DNA of 64,000 nucleotides from positions 31,314,135 through 31,378,134 of the forward strand of contig CM119264.1 in assembly GCA_051294375.1 (NCBI GenBank), written 5' to 3'. Source of the DNA: Paraspadella gotoi. Lineage: Eukaryota; Animalia; Chaetognatha. The notes under the pieces are model-generated. The model had not been told where the DNA came from. It did no database searches and saw only the letters and a list, made by a program, of their open reading frames with translations. Shown piece by piece: positions 23,169-35,882 of this stretch. Both the position numbers and the translations under genes were made by a program. Within the stretch, counting starts at the first letter, position 1. Every line of letters starts with the position of its first letter.

Positions 23169-26100
23169 ATGGAGAAAAAAGGAAGAAAAGAAGTGAACAT
23201 TTTGTCTTTCGATGGAGGAGGAACGAAGGGCGTGATGGAGGCCACTGTGGTTCAGTTCGCGATGTCTGCCTTCACGAGGATTCTTCACGACGCTCAGAGT
23301 CTCACGGGGTGAGTGAGATGTGAAAGGTGAATGAGGAGTGAATGAGGAGTGACAAGTGATTTAAAAGTGAATGAGAAGTAAAAATATTATTTACCTTAAT
23401 TATTCCCTAATCGATCGACTTTAGTAGAAGCCAACTAAACATTTAGTTATCAATATCTAAAAATTCTTTGCTCATTTATTATCCTCATTCACTCCATTTT
23501 TCTCTCTCTCTACTCTCTACTCTCTCTACATCAGAGTGCTGGACTTCTCCATCTCTCTCGACTCCCATGTCTCCATCACTCCAGCTCAACGCTTCGCTTT
23601 CGTTGAGTTGATAGACGAAGAGAAAAACTCCTCCTCCTCTTCCTCTTCCTCCTCCTCCCCCTTCGCTACCCACCCTTCACCACCACCCACCAACCACCTA
23701 ACCCCCCCACCTTCCATCCACCCTTCGGCGATGTTCGACATGATCGTCGGGACCTCGACTGGTTCTCTCATCGCGATGTTGCTGGTCGCTGGAGAAGAAG
23801 ACGAGAAAGGAAATAGGACAAGGATGTCCATGAAGGAGCTGAGGACCAAGTTTAAAAGGTATGAGGAGGTTTTGATATTAATTTTTAAAAAAACACTTAT
23901 TAAAATAAGTATTTTCATTTCATTCTTTCGTAAAGTAAAATATTTAAAGGCTGAAAAATGAAGCAAGAGATGTTAAAGAAAAAAGGCCTCAAACTCAATG
24001 TAAGAATTGCGACAAACTGCAAAATGAATTTGTAATGAGCATAACCAAAAGACTGGGCGAATTCTATTAGACCGTAGTGTGCTGTAAATGCAGAGGACAA
24101 TATGAAGGTAGACTAAAATTAAAAGAAGGCATTAATTATCCCGAGAGTAATAAAGTAAAACAATGAATTCTAACCCAAATAAAATTTGGTAATAAACTTC
24201 GTCACTTCATTATAAGATTTACTTAAGAATCTTTTTCCCCAGAGCCGGGAACATCATTTTCGGTTCGTCCATTTGGTCCTCCTATTCTCCCATTCGTTTG
24301 TTGACGAAGATGCCCTACACGCCCATTCCGATGTTGGAGTACCTGACAGACTTGTTCGGAGGCGCCAGTCTGAGCCAGATCAGCCAAGACTGTATTGCTG
24401 GCTGCGTTTGCAAACGGATGGGTTCGGATGAGAAGTTGGAATTCATTAGTTCCATCTCAATTGAACACAGGGATTGCTCCATCGCAAAAGTGAGAATGAT
24501 ATTTTTTTATTAACGATTTATAATAATTAGCTATTTGCCAGTAGCTAATGCATAGTAATTTATCTTAAAATTCACAGGTTTGCACCGCATCCTGCAACGC
24601 ACCGATAGTCTTTCACAATCCCATTAATATCAAAGGTTATGATTACGTGGACGGCGGCATTGGTGGAAACTGTCCCTTAGCGCAGGCTATCCCAACAGCT
24701 CTTCACGTCTTTGGCAAGAACGTTCATTTGAACATCGTCTCGATCGCTCCCCCAGAGCCCGAAGCAGACCCGTTGCCGGATTCGGTCACCAAACAAATTC
24801 TCTTCTGGTTGGGATATTTCCCAAATCAAGTGACAAATGGATCGAGTATTTTTCGCGCCGTCCAAAGAGAATACACGCAGAACAAGAAGAAAGAGGCGCA
24901 GTTCATTCGAGTTTATCCGCGCGGTGAAGGAGTCTCTGGGTTCGAGATGGACGATCTCAGAATCGATGAAATGGTCCAAGCGACGAAGGAATCTTTCTAC
25001 AAGACTGAAGGTCTCTATGACGTACTCGAGATCGCTCTTACTTTAGTCTCCAGTTATTTTCTCAACAAAAGACGCCAAAGACAAGTTCAAATACAAACTT
25101 CGAAGGTTTACGAAATAACTCAATCTCTTTACGACTTTATGTTGAAATCCACAACCGCTCTTGGCAGTCATTTCTACTCTATCTATTTTGATATCTTCCC
25201 AGAAGATGCCGAGGCAATCCTTAGAAGAAGAGAGGTAATCCAGAAAGCTCAGAGGTTTGTCTCAGCCGGGGCTGATTTTCTGCGAGCTGTTGAACAAACC
25301 GCTCCCAAAATTGATCGCAACATAGACAAAGAGATTCCTCTCTTGGTAGATCTTGGAAAGATGCAGATGATGGAGTGCAAGTACATAAAAGCCTTTAACA
25401 CATTTGAGTTTGCGACGAAAATTCTCCTCAGAGAAGAAAATTTTTCCGTTGGCAAAAAGTTTATGGTCGATGTCTGCGTAAAATCTGCGGAATGTTTGAT
25501 AGCTGAAGGAGAATATGATTCAGCAAATGAAAAGTTAAGGATGGCTGAAGAAAAATTTAGCGAACAACATGACGATTTTGAAGAAGCGAGTTATAATATA
25601 CATCTTCTATATGGCATCATAAACATGTTTACTGGCAATTACGGTAAGGCACTCGAATATATGCTGAACGAAAAAGAGCTGCTCCCCTTGAATGGAGATG
25701 TTCGCTTTACCATCAGAAAGTCAAAGATTTTCTATCACATTGCATTTTGCTATTTAAAGCAGCACGCGATCAATGAAGCTGTTGAAAATCTTGAATATGT
25801 CACAGCAAGTCTTCAAGAGCATATCCACGCCATTACCACTTTTGAAAGTCTGCTTAAAAGATACAAAGAAGAAAAAATTGATGGAAAAGTAACTAATACA
25901 AAATTCTTTGTCGCCAACTGCAAAAATATTCTGAATGATTTTCAAAACCACAACCTTTCGTCGATTTACTACATTAGCAGAGGATTAAAAAATCTACTTG
26001 AAAAAAAGTGGTTAGACGCTTTACAAGACTTGGAGAAATCTTTGGTTGAAAACAGAAAATTATTCAATGAGCTTCCCAATTTACAACTGGCACAGATACT

Positions 26101-26896
26101 TAGTTTCTTGGGATTTGTGAGTATTCAAATGGGAAGGTATTTCCAAAGCGTCAGTTATTTAAGGCAAGCATATTACACTATCAAGCATGTAGATGAAGAT
26201 GAGACTCATCCAATCATTGGCTCGATCTTCACCATGCTTGGTTTGGCCTCTCTGTGCATTGGTGAATTTCAGGAAGCACGGTTCATATTAGAAGATGCTG
26301 TGACTCAGTTTGAACAATTGTATACAGAGAAATACGAAAATCACCCACAAATATTAGGTACATGTGGATAATTTTTTTTTGTATTTTCTATATCATACCA
26401 AGTGGGCTTGACTTATTTTGTTTAGGAGCAAAGCAAAATTTTCTATTACTTAATTTGGTTGAACATGAAAATTCAAACAAAGATGAAGAATTTGTGGCTG
26501 AATTTGTTGAACTGAGGAAAAAGTGCGATTCTTCTGAAGGTAAAAAAATGTTTAATAAAAAATTAACGAAATAATCAAAATCATAAAATTATAATTATCG
26601 CTGCTTAGCACTTCATAGTTTATTGTTAAACAATAGGATACACTTAAGTGTTAATAATGCATCTACTTGACTTTTAAAGTGAAAGCATTTTTTTCTGAAA
26701 TGTTCTCCAATAATTTTTTTTATTTTTCAAAGGGACTTCATTTTTGCTGGATGACGTCATTGATTACAATATGGAAATTTGCAAGACTCATTTGGATAGT
26801 GAAATCAAAAGAAGCCCCACATTGGATTCTCATTTAATGATCATTGAAATCCCGATGAAAAAAGAAAAAAATCCAATGGGAATCATTATGTTTTAA
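23169..26896 (+). CDS. Patatin-like phospholipase-TPR fusion protein. Six exons: 23169-23308, 23535-23858, 24243-24489, 24578-26357, 26426-26539, 26733-26896; ~922 aa
   Basis: Patatin motifs occur in order: ILSFDGGGTKG (exon 1), FDMIVGTSTG (exon 2, GxSxG serine), ASCNAP and YVDGGIGGNCP (exon 4, catalytic DGG). About 7 TPR-like helical repeats follow (e.g. LAQILSFLGFVSIQMGRYFQSVSYLRQA, IGSIFTMLGLASLCIGEFQEARFILEDA, with HP linkers). All five introns are GT-AG and phase-compatible (2,2,0,1,1), giving an open frame to TAA at 26894-26896. The start codon and last two exons are less certain. Confidence 0.88.
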
Positions 26897-27412
26897 AAAT
26901 GGTTTTTGTCAAAAATTTATACATACGATAAATGTCATACGTTTGAATCAATATTTTAAACTCGTTGCAGATTAAATCCGTCTTGTTTTGTAATATTTGT
27001 AAAACTAAAATCATTTTAAAGACTGTTCGGTTATCATAACAGTAGTAGTAATAGTAATAGTAGCAGTAGGAGTAATAGTAGTAGTAGTAGTAGTAGTAAT
27101 AGTTGTTGTTGTTGTCATTTGGAGTTGATATTCGCCGTCGTGAGTTTTCTTTTTCTCTGAATAATTGATTCATCTAATCGATTTTTGTTCCGTTAGTTTT
27201 GTTTACATTTTATTCGACTTCCATTTGCGAAAGACTCTCTCTCTCTCTGTTTCTCTCTCTCTCTCTGTCTCTCTCTATCCTTCTATCTCTCTCTCTCGTC
27301 AGTCTCTCTCTCTATCTCTCTCTCGCTTGTGGTTTCTCGTTCTCTCTGTCTCTACTCTCTATCCTCTCTCTCTTCTGTGTCTATCTCACTCTCTGTCTCT
27401 CTCTGTCTTTCT

Positions 27413-27454
<42 letters not shown>

Positions 27455-29036
27455 CCTCCAAGACTGGAGGCAAAAAAAAAAATCACGTCTCTCTTCCTTC
27501 AAAAGTTGACCTCATTTTTTTCATAACATTGTCCCCCATAATTGATCTCTCATTCCTTTTACTCTTTTTCTTTCCTTTTTTTTCTTCTTTCCTTTTTTCT
27601 TTCAACCCTCTTTTCTTTTTCTTCCCTCGTTCTCTTCTCTCCTTTTATTCCTCTCTTCCTTTTTCGATTTTGTTCTTTTCCCTTTCAACTTTTCTCTCTT
27701 CCTTTTCTCCCTACCTCCCTGCCGAGCCTATTCTTACTCCTTGCAACAGTATTCCCCCCAGCTCCTTACTCCAGTCTTCTCTCTCTCCCTGCTCCAGTTT
27801 TTCCCAACATCATTCACTCCAGTTTTCCCCCTGCTCTACTCTTTCCCTTCCCCCAGTCTTCTTCCAACCAGCTGCACCTTTTTTCCCCAACACCCCGTCA
27901 CCCCGACACCCTTGCTCCGGTCTTCCCCCTGCTCTAGTCTTCCCCCCCAACGAGACTTCCCGTGGTTTGAGTCTTCCCCTTCGTCTCTGCCCAAAAATCA
28001 TTATCGTTAGTCTTAGTCTTAGTTTTGTTTATTTTATGTCTTTTGCGGCTTTTTCTTTTTTTCCCCTTTTTTTCCTTTTTTTATTTTTTTTTCATTTTTT
28101 TTCTATTTTTTTCCATTTTTTTTACTTTTTCTTTTTTTTTAAATTTAAAAAAAATTTTTTTTCCATTTTTTCCCATTTTTTCCTATTTTTTCCTTTTATA
28201 GTCTTCTTTCTTTTTTCAATTTTTTTACTTCTTTTTTTCTCTTTTTTTTTTCTTTTTTTTTCTTTTTTTCTTTTTTTCCTTTTTTTTCTTTTTTCTTTTT
28301 CTTCTCTTTTTCTTCTCTTTTTTTTCTTTTTTCCTTTTTTTAGTTTTTTTTCTTACTTTATTTATCTCTTCCTACAATGTTGATTCAAATATTTAAATTT
28401 TAAATTTTAAATTTTAAATTTTAAATTTTAAATTTTAAATTTTAAATTTTAAATTTTAAATTTTATTTCAAATATAATTTTTGTTTTAAATTTTGGTTTT
28501 CAGTTTTCTTTTAATTTCAATTTTCAAAAACTTTTCTACAGAGGCATAAAATGCTGTCGACCCTGATCAGTGATGAGTGATGAGTGATGAGTGATAACTA
28601 CGAACGCGTCTTGGAAAGAGGCGATGGCGTTTGCCACGACCCCTTGGGGGCGGTTCTCACGCTCTCTTTAAAAAAGGTACTGGATTCGGAATGAACTCTT
28701 GGACGTTGCTAATAGCTTCACACGATTCGTCATCGGGTTACGATGAGGAAGCGTAGCGATGTGAATCTGGTCAATGATCAATAAAAACGAACCAACTATT
28801 AATTAAAAAATCGTGAATTGAAACATTTAAAATAACAATTATCGGAAAAAATCAACAAATGAGCATCAAAAAAAGAAACAACGCGAAAAAAAGATTAAAA
28901 AAAACCAAAAGATAAAAACAAACAAACAGCTAATTGAAACAAATGCATCGAAAATCTGAGCGAAGAATAATCAACATTTGAATTTGATTAAAATTCGAAG
29001 GCCTTCCTCTCTCTCTCTCTCTCTTCTCTCTCCTCT

Positions 29037-29116
<80 letters not shown>

Positions 29117-29638
29117 ATTTTATCTCAATTTGCATTTTTTCAATTTTGTTTGTCGTGTTTGTTTGTGCTTTTGTTAATTTAAATTTTAAATTGACGAACT
29201 GAAAAAAAAAGACATTAATTAAAGGATTAATTATTGAATTAATCAATTAAATATAAATTTAAAAAAAAATTAAACAGGTAAAAAACGTCCATAAATATAT
29301 CTTAAGAAATATTTTTTTAAATATTTTTTATATAATTTATGTTTTAATAATTTAATTTTAACTAAATTAATATCCAAACCGGAAGTTAAACTCTAGGGTG
29401 CGGAGATGACGGCCGGAAATTGACTCGCCCTTTTCTTAATCTCTGTCTCTCTCTTTAACTCTCTCTCTGCCCAGCTTTCTCGCTCTTTCCCCTCTCTCCA
29501 CTCCCACTCTCTCTTACCCCAACTCTCTCTCTCTCTCTCCGCTCCCATGAGAGAAAATTGATCGTTAATGGAAGGATGCATCCGCGAGGAGAGGCGTGTC
29601 TTTGCTGATCAAACATAACCGCGTGCCCGGCGATATCC

Positions 29639-29652
29639 GTTGCCATGGGGAC
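29639..29652. promoter_or_regulatory. RFX X-box-like motif (GTTGCCATGGGGAC); ETS-like CCGGAAGT at 29379-29386
   Basis: Matches the X-box consensus and sits in a small CpG-rich patch. Confidence 0.3.
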
Positions 29653-29803
29653 GAGGAGGAAGAAGGAAGAGGAAGAGAAGGAGGAAGAGGAGGAAGAGGA
29701 AGAGAAAGAGGAGAGGGAGGAAGAGGAGGAGGAGGAGGAAGAGGGAGGGAAGGGAGAAGCGTGAGAAGCTGGAGATTACGCCAAGCTGAAAGCGGTCAAT
29801 ATC

Positions 29804-29852
<49 letters not shown>

Positions 29853-30100
29853 TGTGTAGAAAATCTTTTTTTAATCAGATTTTTTGAAGCTGATCACGAT
29901 TTTTTTCTATTCCACTTTTAAAGGAAATATTGGTCAATCAATCATTCAGTAAATCAATAAATTTATCAATCACATATCGCATTTTTGTTATTTTTTATTA
30001 AAATCTGATTTTTGAAACAGGAAAGAAAGAAAAAGAGAAAGAAAGAAAAAGAAAAAAAAAGAAAGAAAGAAAAGCCAAAAGGATAAAAAGAGAAAAAGAA

Positions 30101-30177
30101 AGCAAGAGCAAGCAAGAGCAAGCAAGAGCAAGCAAGAGCAAGCAAGAGCAAGCAAGAGCAAGCAAGAGCAAGCAAGC
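30101..30177 (+). repeat. 9-bp tandem repeat (AGCAAGCAAG/AGCAAGAGC-type)
   Basis: Direct reading. Confidence 0.8.
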
Positions 30178-30315
30178 GTGGAATGAGTTTTGTTTCATCA
30201 GTTATCAGTATTCATAAACGATGCTTGGTTTCCTTTGCTTCAATCTCATCAATTAAGGAAGCGACTTTTGCCAGCTGAGGTCCAATTGATTCTCAGACCA
30301 ACGAAGCTTTTCTGG

Positions 30316-30376
<61 letters not shown>

Positions 30377-30614
30377 TTCTCTTTGTCTCTCTCTATCTTT
30401 TTTTTCCTCTCTTTTCTTTTGGGAAAGTTTATGAAGAGAATATGAAAAAAAAGCAAAATAAAAAATCTGATATTTAAAAAAAGGAACATAATTTCAAGAT
30501 TGTCTGTCCCACTTACGTTAAAAACACTTATAACTTGCCTATAGTTTGTTGCTCATTTGTTAAAGATCAAATCTAAGCGACGTCTGGCGCTGCCTTTTGT
30601 TTTTAAAGAAATCT

Positions 30615-30710
30615 TAGTAGAAAAAACAAAGTTTTAATGATTTTTTACAACGAATTTGTTTTTATTATTATTCGTTGTAAAAAATAATTAAAACTTTGTT
30701 TTTTCAACTA
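30615..30710. repeat. Short fold-back (~41-bp arms) with TAG...CTA ends, MITE-like
   Basis: TAGTAGAAAAAACAAAGTTTTAATGATTTTTTACAACGAAT pairs with ATTCGTTGTAAAAAATAATTAAAACTTTGTTTTTTCAACTA with 2 mismatches. Confidence 0.7.
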
Positions 30711-32740
30711 TCAAACTAACAACGAAATCTTATGAACTATAAGGAATAAATGATATGATAAGTAAAAGAAAAGTAATGCGGCGCAACACCTTGGCATAAC
30801 CGTTCCTTGTTTTCTGATACATAATTAAAAATATAAAAAATGTTCCTACATTCGTTGTTTTTGTCGCTGTTTTGACTCAAAATTAACTTTCTGGTGATTA
30901 AAAAGTACTTAAAATTAAAGCAAAAATAAATATGAGGTAATGAACATGTAGCATTTTTTCTCCTCTTTAAAATGAAATAAAATTTAAGTTAATTTAAATA
31001 TCAAAATACCACTGACAACTAAAAAATGTAAATCAAGGGTATTAAAAAGTATTAAGCATTAGTCTGTTTAGTCAAAATATTGTTCAATGCCACGAAAACA
31101 AACCAGTACCAAGTTTTAAAGAATAATAAAGTGAGAATTTTAGGTTACCCATTTAATAAAATTCTTTAAATTTTATTTTAACTATGAATTTTTTAATTAA
31201 AAAAATATAAAATCATATGAAGTTTTTTAAAAAAATCATCTCATTATTATTTTGAAAAGTTACTAAGTATCTAAGCATTAAACGAATATGAAAACTATAA
31301 TCTATAATCAAAATTCTGCATTTTGCATACTATACTTTTTAAATTTAACTAAGTTTTGATTAGTTGTGACTTGTGACTACGTGAAACATTAAAAGGTAAA
31401 AAATTCAAAAGTTGATGAGTTCATTGGGGCCCAGAAGTTAAGACTAAAGACTTATTTGAATTTTTAAAAAATTAATTGATCTAAAAATGCCAGACAGCAG
31501 GCTATAAAATGAGCCATNNNNNNNNNNNNNNNNNNNNNNNNNNNNNNNNNNNNNNNNNNNNNNNNNNNNNNNNNNNNNNNNNNNNNNNNNNNNNNNNNNN
31601 NNNNNNNNNNNNNNNNNNNNNNNNNNNNNNNNNNNNNNNNNNNNNNNNNNNNNNNNNNNNNNNNNNNNNNNNNNNNNNNNNNNNNNNNNNNNNNNNNNNN
31701 NNNNNNNNNAGATATTATAAACGTCAGGGTACCGGTATGATTCTCTAATGATGTACGGCAGAAAGAAAGTACTTGCAACCCAGGATTAAAAGAGGTAGAG
31801 AGAGATGAATAGAAAAAATGAAAGAAAAAGAAAGAGTGAGAAAAATGAGAGAGAGTGAACAAAGGAGAGGGAGAAGAAGAGAGGAAGTAAAAAAGGAAGA
31901 AGAAAATGAGAAGGAAGAGGAAGAGGAAGTAGAAAAGGAAGAGGAAAAGAAAGAGAAAAAGGAAGAGGAAAATGAAGAGGAAGAGGAAAAGGAAAAGAAA
32001 GAGGAAGAGGAATTGAAGAGGAAAAAGAAGAGGAAGAGGAAAAGGAAGATGAATATGAAGAGGAATAAGAAAAGGAAGAGAAAAAGGAAAAGAAAAGAAA
32101 AAGGAAAAGAAAGAAGAAGAAGAAAAGAGAGAGGAAGAGAAAGAGAAAAAAGAAGAGAAAGAGGAAGAAGAAAATGAAGAGGAAGAGGAAAAGGAAAAGG
32201 AAGAGAAAGAGGAAAAGGAAGAGGAAAGGAAGAGGAAAAAGAAGAGGAAAAGGAAGATGAATATGAAGATGAAGAAGAAAGGAAAGAGGAAAAGAAAAAG
32301 GAAAAAAAAGGAAAAGGAAGAGGAAAAGGAAGAGGAAAAGGAAGAGGAAGAGGAAAAGGAAGGTCATCCAAAACGAAAAAAAACAATTTGGAATTTTAAA
32401 GAAATGAGACCCACCGAGTTTTTGGACCGAAAAATCTTTGTGGGGGAAAAAGGCGGGAAACTTCGAGATAAATTAGAAGAGGAAAAAAAGGAAAGGAAAG
32501 ATTTNNNNNNNNNNNNNNNNNNNNNNNNNNNNNNNNNNNNNNNNNNNNNNNNNNNNNNNNNNNNNNNNNNNNNNNNNNNNNNNNNNNNNNNNNNNNNNNN
32601 NNNNNNNNNNNNNNNNNNNNNNNNNNNNNNNNNNNNNNNNNNNNNNNNNNNNNNNNNNNNNNNNNNNNNNNNNNNNNNNNNNNNNNNNNNNNNNNNNNNN
32701 NNNNNNNNNNNNNNNNNNNNNNNNNNNNNNNNNNNNNNNN

Positions 32741-32775
<35 letters not shown>

Positions 32776-33126
32776 GCACTCCCTGGAGATAGAGACAGAA
32801 AGAAAGAAAAATATAAAGCCAAAAGAAAGATAGAAAGGTAGAAAGAAAAAAAAGAGAAAAAATGGAAGGAATAGAAAAAAAAAATAAAAAGAGAAAAGAA
32901 TAAAGAAAACAGAGAAATAAAAAAAAGGAAACATGAAAACAAAGGGAGACAAATAAAAACAATGAAAAAAAAGAAAGAAAGAATATGTTGTTGGTCTTAC
33001 TTTCAAAATATTTTTTTTATCTTCAAATTTTAAATCTTTTTCGATCCATAAATGCTCGTAAATCTCACGCCTTGGATCTCTCCCTTTTTTTTCACAGGTC
33101 AAGAGTTCTTTTGATCCCATTCTCCC

Positions 33127-33201
<75 letters not shown>

Positions 33202-34276
33202 GCTCATCGCATTCAACCTAAAGTCGAAATCTGTCGATATTCAAACCTTCAGGCAGATTTGTTGTTTAGGATGCGACGACGACGACGACGACGATGATAA
33301 CAAAGAGAATGATAGGGATGACAACGACGTCCAAGCACACAGCGATAACGACGACGATGATAAGGATGACGTCGACGACTTCGTTGAACCGGATGATAAG
33401 GATGACGTCGACGACCGTCAACTGTCAACTATTTCGAACAGAAAATGAAATCAAATAAAAGTTCAGAATCAGTTTCCTTTTTTTGTGAAACTTGATTTAG
33501 TCGAAGTTAAACTTAAAGATCTAATTACTTTCTTTAATTTCACGATTTAGCCTCTTCCTCCTCATCTTCCTCCTCATCTTCCTCCTCCTAATCTTCCTCC
33601 ACCTCTTCTTCCTCCTTTTCTTCCTCCTCCTCTTCCTCCTCCTTTTCTACCTCCTCATCCCTCCTCCTCCTCTTCTTCCTCCTTTTCTTCTTCCACCTCT
33701 TCCTCCTCCTCTTCCTAATCCTCCTCTTTCTCTTCCCCTTCTTTTTCTTCTCCTCTTCCTCATTGGTCAATCGAAGAACCAAAATTCATTTTTTCCCACT
33801 TTTAATTGGATATTCGGAAATTCGTGATTCAAACGATAGAACTTTTTTTCGTAATATATTTTACCTACTATGCATTGACAGAAAGACAGACATTCTAAAA
33901 ATAACGGTGGCTATAACAAGAATAACGAAAACAAACACAACGACGACAACAACAACAACATCAACTAAAATAACCACAAAAAAAAACAAAAAAAAACAAC
34001 AACAACAACAACAACAGCAACAACAAGAGATTGAGTCGATCTCCAGATGATTCGCCCCATTTCCTCTGAGTCTTGGCCCAGCGGCCCTTTTATGGCTGGA
34101 GAGGGAGAGAGAGAGGGAGAGAGAAAGAGAGAGAGAGGGAGAAGGGAGGGAGAGAGAGAGGGAGAGAGAAAGAGAGAGGTTGGGAGAAGAAAGGGAGAGG
34201 GAGACGGGGACGGAGAGGAGAGAGGGAGGGCGAGGGAGAGGGGGAGGAGGAGGGAGGGAAGGCAAGAGAGGGCGCT

Positions 34277-34393
<117 letters not shown>

Positions 34394-35214
34394 CAAACAA
34401 CCGACAGAGTCTTTTGGCACGTTGCACGTTGAACTGTCAAAAGAAATTCGTCATACTCTGTTTGGTCTTCGTCGTCGTCGTTATCGTCGTCGTTTAAACT
34501 AACAGGGGAATATGTAAAAGAAACAGATATTTGTTATCATACAATAATCAGTCATAGTCATAAACCTTTGGTTGAGACAAGAAATTTTTTTTGGTCAAAA
34601 TAAACTTTCTTATCTGTATCTATTACTAATTGATTATGTTTATATGTTTATTAACTACTATTATACATTTTAACGAAGTGTTTAAAACTCGTTTGCAATG
34701 ATTTTTTGAGGAAATTATTAAACCGAAAGCTGCTAACTGCTAAGGCCTTTTGTGAAGGAATCAATAGACAACTTTTTGTCCAAAAACACTGTCTTTAATG
34801 GAATAATTCCTTTCTCTATTATTTAATTAATTATCCTGGTTTTTTTTTGTTTAGCAGATTAGCTGTTTTGTCCGTGAAAAATAAAAAATAAAAAATTCTC
34901 TATGAAATAATTTAATTTCAACCTTAGAATTAGACAATCCAATACAAACGATATGCTAATTTTCAATTTTAACTATCGATCAAATAAAAAAATAACATTT
35001 TATACATTATATATACAATAATTAGGACATGACAAAATACATTAGTTACGACTTGAATAAAAATACATGTTGGTAATCTGTTACATAAGTTTATTCTACT
35101 TTTATCTTTTGATATATGGATTGAGTTAATATTAAGTCGAGATGAGACACTGCGCGTGTTCAAACAACTGAGAAACCCCCCCCCCAAGGAATCTTCTTCA
35201 CACATAATGTTTTA

Positions 35215-35500
35215 GTTTGTGGATAAGGCGCTACGTGAGCTGAAGATGACTGTCGGTAACTTCTATAACCCCCTCTAGCAGCCATGGAACGGGTCCCTGG
35301 GCTTGGAACCAGGCTTGAGGGTTTGCCATGCCCCCAAGGCGGCTTACGGCCGTCTTCACGCTTCCCGCAGGGTAGGTACCGGGTTGGGATTGAACCCGGT
35401 ACCTAGTGGTCATGAGCTGATGGCTTTACTCAATGAGCCACCGGGTCACAACTGAAAGTGTGGCGGGGTGAACCTAGGCAATGCCCGACTACAAATATTC
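35215..35500 (-). mobile_element. tRNA-derived SINE-like repeat, copy 2
   Basis: On -: TGGCTCATTGAGTAAAGC (A-box-like)...CAGCTCATGACC...GGGTTCAATCCC (B-box). The body is homologous to 18915-19125. Confidence 0.65.
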
Positions 35501-35882
35501 ACAAACTTCGCATTGAAATCCTTTTTCGTTGCTGTTGATTTTATATATCGTTCAAGAAGATATATCGACATGACGTCACACAGTTATCTATAAATTAAAT
35601 ATAAAAAGGCGAAATAAAAAGCGAAGGAAAGGACGAATTCGTCGTAGCGACCAAGGAAAAGGCGAAGAAGCCAGAAAGTTCGTCGCGCGTCTGAAAAAAC
35701 GAAGCCAAAAAATCTCATCTGGTTTCTTTTTCCTTTTTTTCTCAACTAAGAAAGAAAAAATACCGATGTTCTTCTGTTTTATTATTTCTAATAAAAAAAT
35801 TAATCAGCGACATCTTCTAAACAATCAGCTAACCTTATGTTCGGAAGTAATTCTGTTTAAATGTAAATTAAATTTTAGTGCT

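Noticed and set aside
25050-25340. NB-ARC/NACHT NTPase between patatin and TPR
   Set aside because: The linker is only ~100-130 aa, and no GxxxxGK[ST] Walker A motif is present.
27165-28383. Long ORFs rich in S/L/F/E/R/K here and throughout (e.g. 20333-20911, 31745-32386, 33861-34502, 43375-45079, 54460-55775)
   Set aside because: They are translations of (CT)n/(GA)n and purine-tract simple repeats, which lack stop codons by composition.
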